This document shows, one piece after another, positions 9,029 to 17,021 of a stretch of DNA of 64,000 bases. This DNA is from Firmicutes bacterium CAG:582 (GTDB lineage Bacteria; Bacillota_I; Bacilli_A; RF39; UBA660): assembly GCA_000435515.1 (NCBI GenBank), contig FR884183.1:1980-65979 (forward strand). The letters run 5' to 3'. The notes under the pieces are model-generated. The model made no database searches. It was not told where the DNA came from and was given only the letters and a program-made list of their open reading frames with translations. A program made the translations under genes and the position numbers. The number at the start of each line of letters is the position of its first letter. Positions within the stretch are counted from its first letter, which is position 1.

Positions 9029-11269
9029 ATGACAAAACGTAAAAAGAAAAAAAGTGCGAATACAACTAGTCCAAAGTTTTCTGTTGAGATAACTGGATTA
9101 ATATTAATTCTAATTGGAGTAATTGGTCTTGGTGTTTTTGGACCTGTTGGTAATATTATAAAGGATTTTGCTATATTTTTATTTGGATCATATTATAATA
9201 TTTTAATTATTCTTTTACTTGTTTTAGGCATGTATATGTTGTTTAAAAGAAAAATGCCTAAGTTTTTTACAGCAAGATTAATCGGATTTTATTTAATTTT
9301 ACTCTCAGGATTAACTTTAGCTCATATGAATTATGTTGAGGGTGGTACTAAAATAGCTGATGTATTAAATAATTCTATGGAGGTGTTTTTATCAGTAATA
9401 AATGAAAATTTTGTTGGTTTAAGTCAAACTGGGGGAGGAATAATTGGATTATTTAGTTCATGGGCTTTGGTGTCTTTACTTGATAAAGTTGGAACTTATA
9501 TTATAGTTTCTGTTGTTATTGTATTTGGTCTAATTTTAATGTTTAATATTTCATTTTCAGATTTATTAGATAATTTTGGAAAATTCCTTGAGAACCGCCG
9601 TGAAAAGAGAAAAGAAGCTAAAAAAGAGGCAAAGATTGCTAAAGCAAATAAACAAATGGAAAAAGAAGATGAAGAAGAGGAAGAGGACGATAAAGTCGTT
9701 ATTAAATCAGTTGAAGAACTTAAGAAGTATAAAAATGTAGGGGAAGAAGTGCAAACCTCAACTGTTCCAGTAGCTGATGTTCCTCTAATAAGTATTAACT
9801 CTAATTATCGTTTACCAAAACTTGATGAAGTTTTAGATCCGTTAAAGAAAAATAAACGTACCAACAGTGATGAATTTATTAAGCAAACGAGTATTGCTTT
9901 ACAAAACGTTCTTGCTGATTTTGGTATAACGGGAAAAGTGGTTGCTGTTCATGAGGGACCAACGGTAACTCAATTTGAAGTTGCTGTAAAAAATGGTACA
10001 AAAGTTAGCAAAATAACGGGGTTATCTAAAGAAATCGCTTTATCTCTTGCTGCTAAAGATGTTCGTATAGAAGCACCAATTCCAGGTAAAACAACAGTTG
10101 GAGTTGAAATACCTAATAAGATAACGGTTGGAGTACAAGTAAGAGAGGTAATTCAAGATAAGCAAAAAGAAATGATGTCAATGAAACTTCCTGTTTCCTT
10201 AGGAAAAGATATTAATGGTAATAACTGTATAGCAGATCTTTCTAAAACACCACACTTACTAGTTGCTGGTTCTACTGGATCAGGTAAATCTGTATGTATA
10301 AATTCATTTATCAATAGTTTACTTATAACTAAGAGACCAGATGAAGTGAAACTTGTATTGGTAGATCCAAAAAAAGTTGAACTTTCAAATTATAATGGTG
10401 TACCACATTTATTGTGTCCAGTTGTAACTGACCCTAAAAAAGCAAGTATTGCTTTGCAAAATATTGTAAAGGAAATGGAAAAACGTTATGACATGTTTGC
10501 TGATGAAAAAGTAAAGAATATAGTTGGTTATAATGAAAAAATGAGTGCAATGATGAAGAAAAATCCTGAGGATAAAACGATTCATTTAATGAGTTACATT
10601 GTGGTAATCATTGACGAACTTGCTGATTTGATGTTAGTTGCATCAAAAGAAGTAGAAGATTCAATTATGAGAATTACTCAAATGGCAAGAGCAGCTGGAA
10701 TTCATTTGATAGTTGCAACTCAAAGACCATCTACCGATGTTATAACTGGTGTTGTAAAGGCAAATATTCCATCACGTATTGCTTTTGCTGTAGCATCTCA
10801 AATCGATTCAAGAACCATTCTTGACATGGGAGGTGCTGAAAAACTTCTAGGTAAAGGTGATATGCTTTATAAACCAATGGGAGAAAATACACCACTTAGA
10901 ATTCAAGGTAATTTTATAAGTGATGATGAAATAGAAAGAGTAATTGCTTATACTTCTAAAGAACAAGTAGCTTCATATGATGAATCAATTACTCAAATGA
11001 ACCAAAACACTGAATCAATTTCTACTGCTGGAGTAGGTGGAAGAGATACTTCAGAAGATGATCCTCTTTACAATGAAATCGTTGACTTTGCGATTGAAAC
11101 TGGTAAAGTATCTGCCTCTTTATTACAAAGAAGATTTAGACTAGGCTACAATCGTGCTGCAAGAATTGTTGATTTACTTGAAGAAAGAGGTGTAATTGGA
11201 CCACAAAACGGATCCAAGCCAAGAGAGGTTTTAATCAAAATGGATAAACAGGAAGATACTGAAGAGTAA
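9029..11269 (+). CDS. ftsK: DNA translocase FtsK/SpoIIIE
   Basis: N-terminal TM domain, acidic linker, Walker A AGSTGSGKS, Walker B VVIIDELADL, C-terminal winged-helix gamma domain (LLQRRFRLGYNRAARIVDLLEERGVIGP). ATG 9029 is preferred over GTG 9020. Confidence 0.93.
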   Translation: MTKRKKKKSANTTSPKFSVEITGLILILIGVIGLGVFGPVGNIIKDFAIFLFGSYYNILIILLLVLGMYMLFKRKMPKFFTARLIGFYLILLSGLTLAHMNYVEGGTKIADVLNNSMEVFLSVINENFVGLSQTGGGIIGLFSSWALVSLLDKVGTYIIVSVVIVFGLILMFNISFSDLLDNFGKFLENRREKRKEAKKEAKIAKANKQMEKEDEEEEEDDKVVIKSVEELKKYKNVGEEVQTSTVPVADVPLISINSNYRLPKLDEVLDPLKKNKRTNSDEFIKQTSIALQNVLADFGITGKVVAVHEGPTVTQFEVAVKNGTKVSKITGLSKEIALSLAAKDVRIEAPIPGKTTVGVEIPNKITVGVQVREVIQDKQKEMMSMKLPVSLGKDINGNNCIADLSKTPHLLVAGSTGSGKSVCINSFINSLLITKRPDEVKLVLVDPKKVELSNYNGVPHLLCPVVTDPKKASIALQNIVKEMEKRYDMFADEKVKNIVGYNEKMSAMMKKNPEDKTIHLMSYIVVIIDELADLMLVASKEVEDSIMRITQMARAAGIHLIVATQRPSTDVITGVVKANIPSRIAFAVASQIDSRTILDMGGAEKLLGKGDMLYKPMGENTPLRIQGNFISDDEIERVIAYTSKEQVASYDESITQMNQNTESISTAGVGGRDTSEDDPLYNEIVDFAIETGKVSASLLQRRFRLGYNRAARIVDLLEERGVIGPQNGSKPREVLIKMDKQEDTEE

Positions 11270-11322
11270 TTCTTCCTTTTTATATTTTAAAGTGGTAGAA
11301 TACTTTTTCAAGGACTGATTTT

Positions 11323-12357
11323 ATGAATTTATGCGAACTTTTAGAACGTGAAAATATTTATGATGTTAGATATGTTTTTGATCGTTATATGGAATTATAT
11401 CCAAATATAAATGAATATTTAAAATATTATGCTTTATTAGAAAATATTATTATAAAAGCAAATAAAAGTGACCTGTTTGCATATATTGTCGATTATCTTT
11501 TTCATGATTCTTATCAAAACGTTTATGTTAATATAAATGAAATGTTAAGGTATATAAGTATTCATCATACAGATACTCTTTTACCAACTAGTCATATAAA
11601 ATTTTATAAGAAAGTGCTAACATTAGAGTCCTTTTCGGTTGAAGAACTGTTATATTATTTTAATATTTTCAAAAAAGAAAAAATTTATTTAATGTTTTAC
11701 CATGACATTCGTAAGTTGAAAGATAAAAGTTATGATGAAATTTTAACTGATCTTACTGATTTAACTTTATTTGAACCAAATTATGAAATTAATGATATTT
11801 CAGTATATGACCTTAGACCTATTAAATACAAACTTTTAGTGAGAAGTTCAAGAAAATTTAAAAAATATTCATGTTATTATAAGTCTTATTATTCTATTAT
11901 TACTAGTATACATAATAGAACTTTTGGAAGAGAAAATGATTCTTTATCATTTGATTATGGATATCTATGTGCAGATGTAAATAAAATTCTACATGTTTCT
12001 GAAAGGGATTTATTGAGTAAATATTCGGACGAACATGACTGTGGAACACTAGCACCAAATAGGATAGTAAATTTGTATTCACTTACTGAATTTGATTCGT
12101 CATGGTCAGAAATTCAAATATTAAATTTAAAAGATACTGATAATTATAAGTGCTTAAAACCGGACTTTATAATTTCTTATAGTGAGCAAATTAAACCTAA
12201 AATTTTAAACGAAGCTCAAAGATTAGGAATACCAGTGGTTATAGTAAATAATAGGTCACTTGAATCGTTAGATAGTGATTGGCTGGAAAATGAAAAATAT
12301 AATACTTATTATGCAAATCCAGAATTTGACAAAAGTGTTAACTTTGTGTTAAGATAG
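11323..12357 (+). CDS. hypothetical protein
   Basis: 344-aa ORF with no motif I can recognise. Tyr/Asn-rich composition. Confidence 0.55.
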   Translation: MNLCELLERENIYDVRYVFDRYMELYPNINEYLKYYALLENIIIKANKSDLFAYIVDYLFHDSYQNVYVNINEMLRYISIHHTDTLLPTSHIKFYKKVLTLESFSVEELLYYFNIFKKEKIYLMFYHDIRKLKDKSYDEILTDLTDLTLFEPNYEINDISVYDLRPIKYKLLVRSSRKFKKYSCYYKSYYSIITSIHNRTFGRENDSLSFDYGYLCADVNKILHVSERDLLSKYSDEHDCGTLAPNRIVNLYSLTEFDSSWSEIQILNLKDTDNYKCLKPDFIISYSEQIKPKILNEAQRLGIPVVIVNNRSLESLDSDWLENEKYNTYYANPEFDKSVNFVLR

Positions 12358-12430
12358 GTCTCACATATCGAAATAAAGCCTAGTATTTGGTATAATTGAT
12401 GTGTAATGTAGAATAAGGGGGATTATAATT

Positions 12431-12850
12431 ATGAAAGGATTTATTCTCGATTACATTAATGAAAATGAGTTTAGAAAATTAGAGAGAGCATTGAAAAAAT
12501 ATAATATGCTTGCTTTTAAAAAATTAAATTTTGAATACTACCCATCTTTACGTAAGGGAGAATTTTTAGGTGAATTGGTATCAACTGATACAAAAAAATG
12601 TACAGAAACTTATGAATTAAAGTTACCAAGTGATCATTTATTTACTCAAGTTCATGGTGAAGTAAAACTGAGATATATTGTTTATAAAGATCAAAATGTT
12701 GTTATGCTTGAAACTATTGAACCAAGGGATATTTTACTTGAGGGACATGTTGCTGAATTAACAACTTATAAAGGTGTTATGATTTCAAAGGCAAATGCTG
12801 ATAAAGATAAATTCATGGTAAACTTATTTTCTGCTATGGATCACAAATAA
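12431..12850 (+). CDS. hypothetical protein (weak RelE/ParE-like beta-core resemblance)
   Basis: 139-aa ORF with a GGGGGA RBS. The segment KLRYIVYKDQNVVMLETIEP resembles the YRIIY-x-n-V-x-I motif of RelE/ParE toxins. This is weak and judged by eye only. Confidence 0.5.
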   Translation: MKGFILDYINENEFRKLERALKKYNMLAFKKLNFEYYPSLRKGEFLGELVSTDTKKCTETYELKLPSDHLFTQVHGEVKLRYIVYKDQNVVMLETIEPRDILLEGHVAELTTYKGVMISKANADKDKFMVNLFSAMDHK

Positions 12851-12870
12851 AGTCTCTTTGGAGATTTTTT

Positions 12871-12899
12871 TTGACAAAAGTTAAAAATTAATATATTAT
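12871..12899 (+). promoter_or_regulatory. sigma-A-type promoter (TTGACA-17-TATTAT)
   Basis: ttgaca at 12871-12876, 17-nt spacer, tattat at 12894-12899. Lies upstream of ORF 12926-13126. Confidence 0.5.
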
Positions 12900-12925
12900 A
12901 TACAACTATAAAAAGAGGGGAACTT

Positions 12926-13126
12926 TTGGTTATGGATGTATATAGAAAAAGAGAAAAAATTAAATATAATAACCAATTATTTCAAATTATTGAAAGAAAT
13001 GATAAAAAACTGGGTTTCTTGAAAATAAAATATGAAGGAGATAATGTGATTTATGAATATCCAACAGCTTATGAATTTTTACATTTAAGCAGTTTTATGA
13101 ATAAAAAAAACAGAATAAAATTCTAG
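12926..13126 (+). CDS. small hypothetical protein (66 aa)
   Basis: ORF with its own promoter and an AGAGGGGA RBS. Its stop overlaps the stop of the convergent endonuclease gene (ctag at 13123-13126). Confidence 0.4.
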   Translation: MVMDVYRKREKIKYNNQLFQIIERNDKKLGFLKIKYEGDNVIYEYPTAYEFLHLSSFMNKKNRIKF

Positions 13127-13869
13127 TTGTTTTTGGAGTCAATAAGTTTAAAGATGGAACTAATGCCATCTTTTCTTATCGCAAAAATTAGTCCCTTATT
13201 TCTGTTTTTTCCAAGTAAATTACTTGATCGATCGAATCTTAGAGAAACTGATATTCTAAGATCACCACTTTTTATAGCATCAATAAAATTTTCAAATTCT
13301 TTTAAAGTATAACAGTCAATTTGATAATATCTATAATATAAATCGTTATTTTCTTTTTTCTTACTAGCTTTTATTAGCACCATTTTTTTTACTTTTATTT
13401 CGGCTCTAGTTCTAATGGTGTCAAAATCGATATACCCAATTTTATCTATTAAAATTTTATTTTGATTATAAACATAAGTAACAATTCCATCATCAAGCAT
13501 TCTTAATTCGAAGTAGTGGTTCCCATATTCTACTGGCTTATTATACTTTAAAGCAATATTAAATATTTTTTTATCTTTATAGACTTTATCATAAATTCCA
13601 TAGTTATTTAAAATATAATCACTTTCATATTCGTGATATCCAGTGAATGTAGATGAGAACAAAGAAACTGGAAAGTTACTGAACCTAGTACTTGTCTTTA
13701 TTTCAATTTCTTTATAATCTGGGAATATGGAACTGTTAGGATTTATATTAAGAAGATATTCGAATGTAAGTCCACATGAATTATATGGATTATTATTAAT
13801 TGCTTTAACATATCCTTTAGAACTAATATCTTTAAACAATTTAATTATATCATTAAAATCCTTTTTCAT
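13123..13869 (-). CDS. MvaI/BcnI-family type II restriction endonuclease-like protein (PD-(D/E)XK)
   Basis: Collinear resemblance to MvaI/BcnI. N-terminal block NSCGLTFEYLLNINPNSSIFPDYKEIEIKT corresponds to the G-x-TFE-x-LL...PD...IEIKT catalytic region. C-terminal block GDLRISVSLRFDRS...GKNRNKGLIFAIRKD corresponds to GDIKVDIRIG...HGTAFRI. The second ATG (13869) is preceded by a perfect AAAGGAGG RBS and is preferred over 13884. Confidence 0.75.
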   Translation of the reverse strand: MKKDFNDIIKLFKDISSKGYVKAINNNPYNSCGLTFEYLLNINPNSSIFPDYKEIEIKTSTRFSNFPVSLFSSTFTGYHEYESDYILNNYGIYDKVYKDKKIFNIALKYNKPVEYGNHYFELRMLDDGIVTYVYNQNKILIDKIGYIDFDTIRTRAEIKVKKMVLIKASKKKENNDLYYRYYQIDCYTLKEFENFIDAIKSGDLRISVSLRFDRSSNLLGKNRNKGLIFAIRKDGISSIFKLIDSKNN

Positions 13870-13971
13870 GATTCCTCCTTTCATAAGTTTGTTATTATAG
13901 ATGGTTGATCTTGCAGTTTTTGTCGAAAAAAGAAATTATTTATAAAAAATATATTTTAGAATAAAAAGTAC

Positions 13972-14000
13972 TTGCAACCGACCGCCGGTTATGATATATT
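13972..14000 (+). promoter_or_regulatory. putative promoter for the tRNA pair (TTGCAA-17-TATATT)
   Basis: ttgcaa at 13972-13977 and tatatt at 13995-14000, about 30 nt upstream of the first tRNA. Confidence 0.5.
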
Positions 14001-14030
14001 TAATTAGTAGTACGTTGGTGACTATAATTT

Positions 14031-14107
14031 GGATCTTTAGCTCAGTTGGTTAGAGCAACCGGCTCATAACCGGTCGGTCGTAGGTTCGAGTCCTACAAGA
14101 TCCACCA
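14031..14107 (+). tRNA. tRNA with CAT anticodon; probably tRNA-Ile2 (lysidine) rather than elongator Met
   Basis: Hand-folded cloverleaf. Acceptor GGATCTT/AAGATCC, D stem GCTC/GAGC, anticodon stem ACCGG/CCGGT with loop CTCATAA, T arm GTAGG-TTCGAGT-CCTAC, encoded CCA. The D and T arms closely resemble Bacillus tRNA-Ile(CAU). No initiator features are present. Confidence 0.92.
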
Positions 14108-14115
14108 TTTTTTGT

Positions 14116-14200
14116 GCAGGTATGGCGGAATTGGCAGACGCGCTAGACTTAGGATCTAGTGGAGTGATTCGTGCAGGTTCAAGTCCTGTTACCTGCACCA
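14116..14200 (+). tRNA. tRNA-Leu (anticodon TAG)
   Basis: Acceptor GCAGGTA/TACCTGC, anticodon stem CTAGA/TCTAG with loop CTTAGGA, long variable arm, T loop TTCAAGT, encoded CCA. Confidence 0.93.
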
Positions 14201-14243
14201 TTGATAAACTAATTAGACTCTTTTGAGTTTAATTAAATAGAAA

Positions 14244-14266
14244 AAAGAACTTGGTTCTTTTTTTTT
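14244..14266 (+). terminator. rho-independent terminator after the tRNA pair
   Basis: Stem aaagaac / gttcttt (14244-14250 / 14254-14260) followed by a T-run to 14266. Confidence 0.7.
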
Positions 14267-14543
14267 GTCAAAAAAAATTATGTTTTAGTATTAAAATCAT
14301 TTGCCAGGCAGTTTTACTTCTTATATGATTCAAATATAAATATTTTACATTTTTTTGATTTTTTTTGTGAAAAATTGTAAAATAAAATTTATAAAAGAAG
14401 AAAAAATTATTGAACTACAAAACAAAAAAAGATATTGAGTGAAAATTTAATAGAAGGAAATGGCGAAGAAATGTTATCTAATCTATCTGAAAAGGATATT
14501 AGAAAACTGCTCGAAGCAGGAGATGAGTAATATTTTTGATTGG

Positions 14544-14571
14544 TTGACAAAATAGAAAAAATATATATAAT
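14544..14571 (+). promoter_or_regulatory. sigma-A promoter (TTGACA-16-TATAAT)
   Basis: ttgaca at 14544-14549 and tataat at 14566-14571, upstream of ORF 14595-16073. Confidence 0.55.
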
Positions 14572-14594
14572 ATCTTAATACAAAAGGGGATGTT

Positions 14595-16073
14595 TTGATG
14601 AAAAATATTTTAACTATAGGAAAAAAAGGAATTACAAGCGGAGACTTTTTTGCTAGTGTTGCTCCTGATTATTGTAATCTCGTTATGTTTATTGATTTAA
14701 AAAATGATGATTTACTTGAAAAACTATCTCGTTATGATTTATTAATAAAAGCTGTAATGGAGGAATCATTTCTTGAACCTCAAGAAGCAAAAGACTTCTT
14801 AGCAACACTATTTTCATATGAAAACATTATAGATGCTTTCGATTACGTAGATTTGGATGCCGGTTTAGGAGACACAACTATTCCTAAAAATTTATTAGCA
14901 AAAAACTCTTGGATTAAATCAAAAAAGATAATTCTATCAAGTGATGAAATTTCTATTACTGATGCAGTTAAACTTGCTAATGAATATTCAGAATATAAAA
15001 ATCAACTAGTTTTTAAATTGAAGGGCAACAAAAAGTATGTTTCATATGAAGATGTTTTATCAATGAGTAAATTAATGGATAGCTACGTAGATTCAATTAA
15101 ATCATGTAATTTAACAAGTAAGCTTGAATTAGTCATGTTATCTTATGACATTGTTAGAAATCTTGTATATAGAAGCTTTGAGGAAACACCAAGTGAAGAA
15201 ATAACTATATTTGAAAAAATTTATAATACGAATTCTGCTCAGTTAAACTTTTCTCTATTGTTTTCTGAACTTTTAAACTATTTAGGCATTAACTCCAAAA
15301 TTGTAAATCATTATTCTGAAATAAATCGTAACAAGAAACTTTCTAGAGTTTCAGCTTATATAAAAGATGATAAATATAATGTTGATGGTATATATGTTTT
15401 TGATCCATTTCTTGACTGTATGAAGGGATTAAAAGAAAAAAAATATCCTACTTTATATAATTATTTTTTAAAAACAACTGATGAAGTAGAAAAGTGTGAT
15501 AAGGAAAAATTTCCATGGGAGAAATTTGAATCTAGAGAAGAAATTCAAGAGGGTAATATTAAAGGACTATCGATTTCGGAGATTGAATCTTTAGGAACTT
15601 CAAAATGGAAACATATTGAATACTTATATGAATTGGTTACTGGAGATACTTTTGATTTTGTTAAAAATGTTCTTATCAGTTCTGAAAAAGAAAAGAAATC
15701 CTTTATAGATAAAATATATGAATTTGAAAAAATGATGAATAAGCCTATTGATACAAAAACTAGATTAAGTCTTTTTGATAATGTTAGAAGAGCTGAATAT
15801 TATTATAATATAAACTCTTTGGATTATAATGTGGAAGATATGCTAGCTGTAATGGAATCAAGTGGTTGGAATATTGATGAATCAGAAATAACTCCAAAAG
15901 ACTTAAGCAAAAGAGAAAAAGAACTTTTAGGTTTATTTGGCGGAGTTAGTTATAAAGTAATCGGACTTCGTAAATTTATTAAAGAACAAAATATTGAAAA
16001 AAAGGTTAGTGGAGTAAGATTAACTAAAACGTTAAAAAAATATCTAGAGAATAAACAAAATGACTGTATGTAA
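14595..16073 (+). CDS. hypothetical protein (possible degenerate transglutaminase-like core)
   Basis: 492-aa ORF (ATG at 14598 is the likely start; AAAGGGGA RBS). The segment SAQLNFSLLFSELLNYLGINSKIVNHYS...RVSAYIKDD...GIYVFDP has the spacing of a transglutaminase core but lacks the Cys and His. By eye only. Confidence 0.6.
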   Translation: MMKNILTIGKKGITSGDFFASVAPDYCNLVMFIDLKNDDLLEKLSRYDLLIKAVMEESFLEPQEAKDFLATLFSYENIIDAFDYVDLDAGLGDTTIPKNLLAKNSWIKSKKIILSSDEISITDAVKLANEYSEYKNQLVFKLKGNKKYVSYEDVLSMSKLMDSYVDSIKSCNLTSKLELVMLSYDIVRNLVYRSFEETPSEEITIFEKIYNTNSAQLNFSLLFSELLNYLGINSKIVNHYSEINRNKKLSRVSAYIKDDKYNVDGIYVFDPFLDCMKGLKEKKYPTLYNYFLKTTDEVEKCDKEKFPWEKFESREEIQEGNIKGLSISEIESLGTSKWKHIEYLYELVTGDTFDFVKNVLISSEKEKKSFIDKIYEFEKMMNKPIDTKTRLSLFDNVRRAEYYYNINSLDYNVEDMLAVMESSGWNIDESEITPKDLSKREKELLGLFGGVSYKVIGLRKFIKEQNIEKKVSGVRLTKTLKKYLENKQNDCM

Positions 16074-16089
16074 AGTACAGTTTTTTTTA
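16063..16089 (+). terminator. rho-independent terminator
   Basis: Stem actgta / tacagt (16063-16068 / 16076-16081) followed by a T8 run. Confidence 0.7.
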
Positions 16090-16179
16090 TTCTTTTTTCA
16101 TATAATATATTAAGTTATATCTTGTAAATTTACTAAGATATTGATATATTTTTATTGTAAGATAGTGGAGGTGGGTAGT

Positions 16180-16923
16180 ATGGTCCATTTAACTTACGTA
16201 GAAAATCCATTTGACAAAGATTTTTTTACTTCTTTATCAAAATATGCATACGAAAAGAGTTTTTATGATTGCATTAACAAGCGTTTTGTTGATGAAGAAG
16301 CTTTTAAAAATTTGGAGTATGGATTCCGTATGTATATGCTTACTGGTGATAGTAATGAATGGATAGGTTTTGTTTTGTTTTCAAATGAAAATAGGGTTAA
16401 AAGTTTAAGGTATCATGCATATAATTACTTTTTGGAATGTTTAGATAGGCAAAAAAATTTAATTCCAGAGAAAGTATCAGAAGAAATGATTAAGATAATA
16501 ACTAACCAAAAAGAACAAAATATATTATTTAGTACAATTGATAAATGTTTTGAATATTTATCTACAATTGTTGGATCATCAATTATCAGTTTAGAAAAAC
16601 AAGCATATAATGAGAAATTGGATTCTTTATTAAATGATTTTGCTAATTATATGTATTTAGATACCTTTATATCTCTTCCAAAAGATGAGAAAGTAAGAAT
16701 TCGTTTAGAAAATGAACAAAGTAATTTAGATGAAAATGAATTAGTTGAAAAAAAATATTATGGTTTTATTCAGGAAACTTTGGGCTTGGTTGAAAACTTA
16801 ATACAAAACTCTTTTAATGGAATACATATTATTTTAAAACAAGAGGGAACAAATATATTTTTAGTAGAAACTAGTAGCTTCGTTGAGAATCATGAACTTA
16901 CGAAAGTTTTAATAAATCAATAG
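16180..16923 (+). CDS. hypothetical protein
   Basis: ATG 16180 is preceded by a GGAGGTGGG RBS (the track start TTG 16141 is less likely). 247 aa with no recognisable motif. Confidence 0.55.
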   Translation: MVHLTYVENPFDKDFFTSLSKYAYEKSFYDCINKRFVDEEAFKNLEYGFRMYMLTGDSNEWIGFVLFSNENRVKSLRYHAYNYFLECLDRQKNLIPEKVSEEMIKIITNQKEQNILFSTIDKCFEYLSTIVGSSIISLEKQAYNEKLDSLLNDFANYMYLDTFISLPKDEKVRIRLENEQSNLDENELVEKKYYGFIQETLGLVENLIQNSFNGIHIILKQEGTNIFLVETSSFVENHELTKVLINQ

Positions 16924-16924
16924 A

Positions 16925-16953
16925 AATAATAGATGAATGTCTATTATTTTTTT
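16925..16953 (+). terminator. rho-independent terminator
   Basis: Stem aataataga / tctattatt (16925-16933 / 16940-16948) followed by a T-run. Confidence 0.65.
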
Positions 16954-16964
16954 GAAAAAATACA

Positions 16965-17003
16965 CGAACAAATGTTTACAAATAAGAACAAATGTTTTAT
17001 AAT
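16965..17003 (+). promoter_or_regulatory. promoter (TTTACA-17-TATAAT) overlapped by two tandem LexA/Cheo-box-like operators
   Basis: Box 1 cGAACaaatGTTTa at 16965-16978 and box 2 aGAACaaatGTTTt at 16985-16998, with starts 20 bp apart. -35 tttaca at 16975-16980 and -10 tataat at 16998-17003. The Firmicute SOS box consensus is GAAC-N4-GTT(C/T). Confidence 0.6.
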
Positions 17004-17021
17004 TTAATTGGTGATGAATTT

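Noticed and set aside
14460-14555. 31-aa ORF (MAKKCYLIYLKRILENCSKQEMSNIFDWLTK) in the intergenic region
   Set aside because: The RBS is weak, the ORF overlaps the TTGACA -35 of the downstream promoter, and an alternative frame gives another equally short ORF. There is no supporting feature, so it was not called.
13885-14594. tRNA-adjacent integration module (integrase, att repeats, prophage or ICE end)
   Set aside because: No integrase or recombinase ORF is present on either side. I could find no direct repeat of the tRNA 3' halves in the flanks. The AT-rich spacer contains only promoter-like and terminator-like elements.
16992-17021. Upstream start for the radical SAM gene (MFYNLIGDEF...)
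   Set aside because: These codons coincide with the -10 hexamer and LexA box 2. Family homology begins at MDIKEKLHILADSAKYD (ATG 17022).
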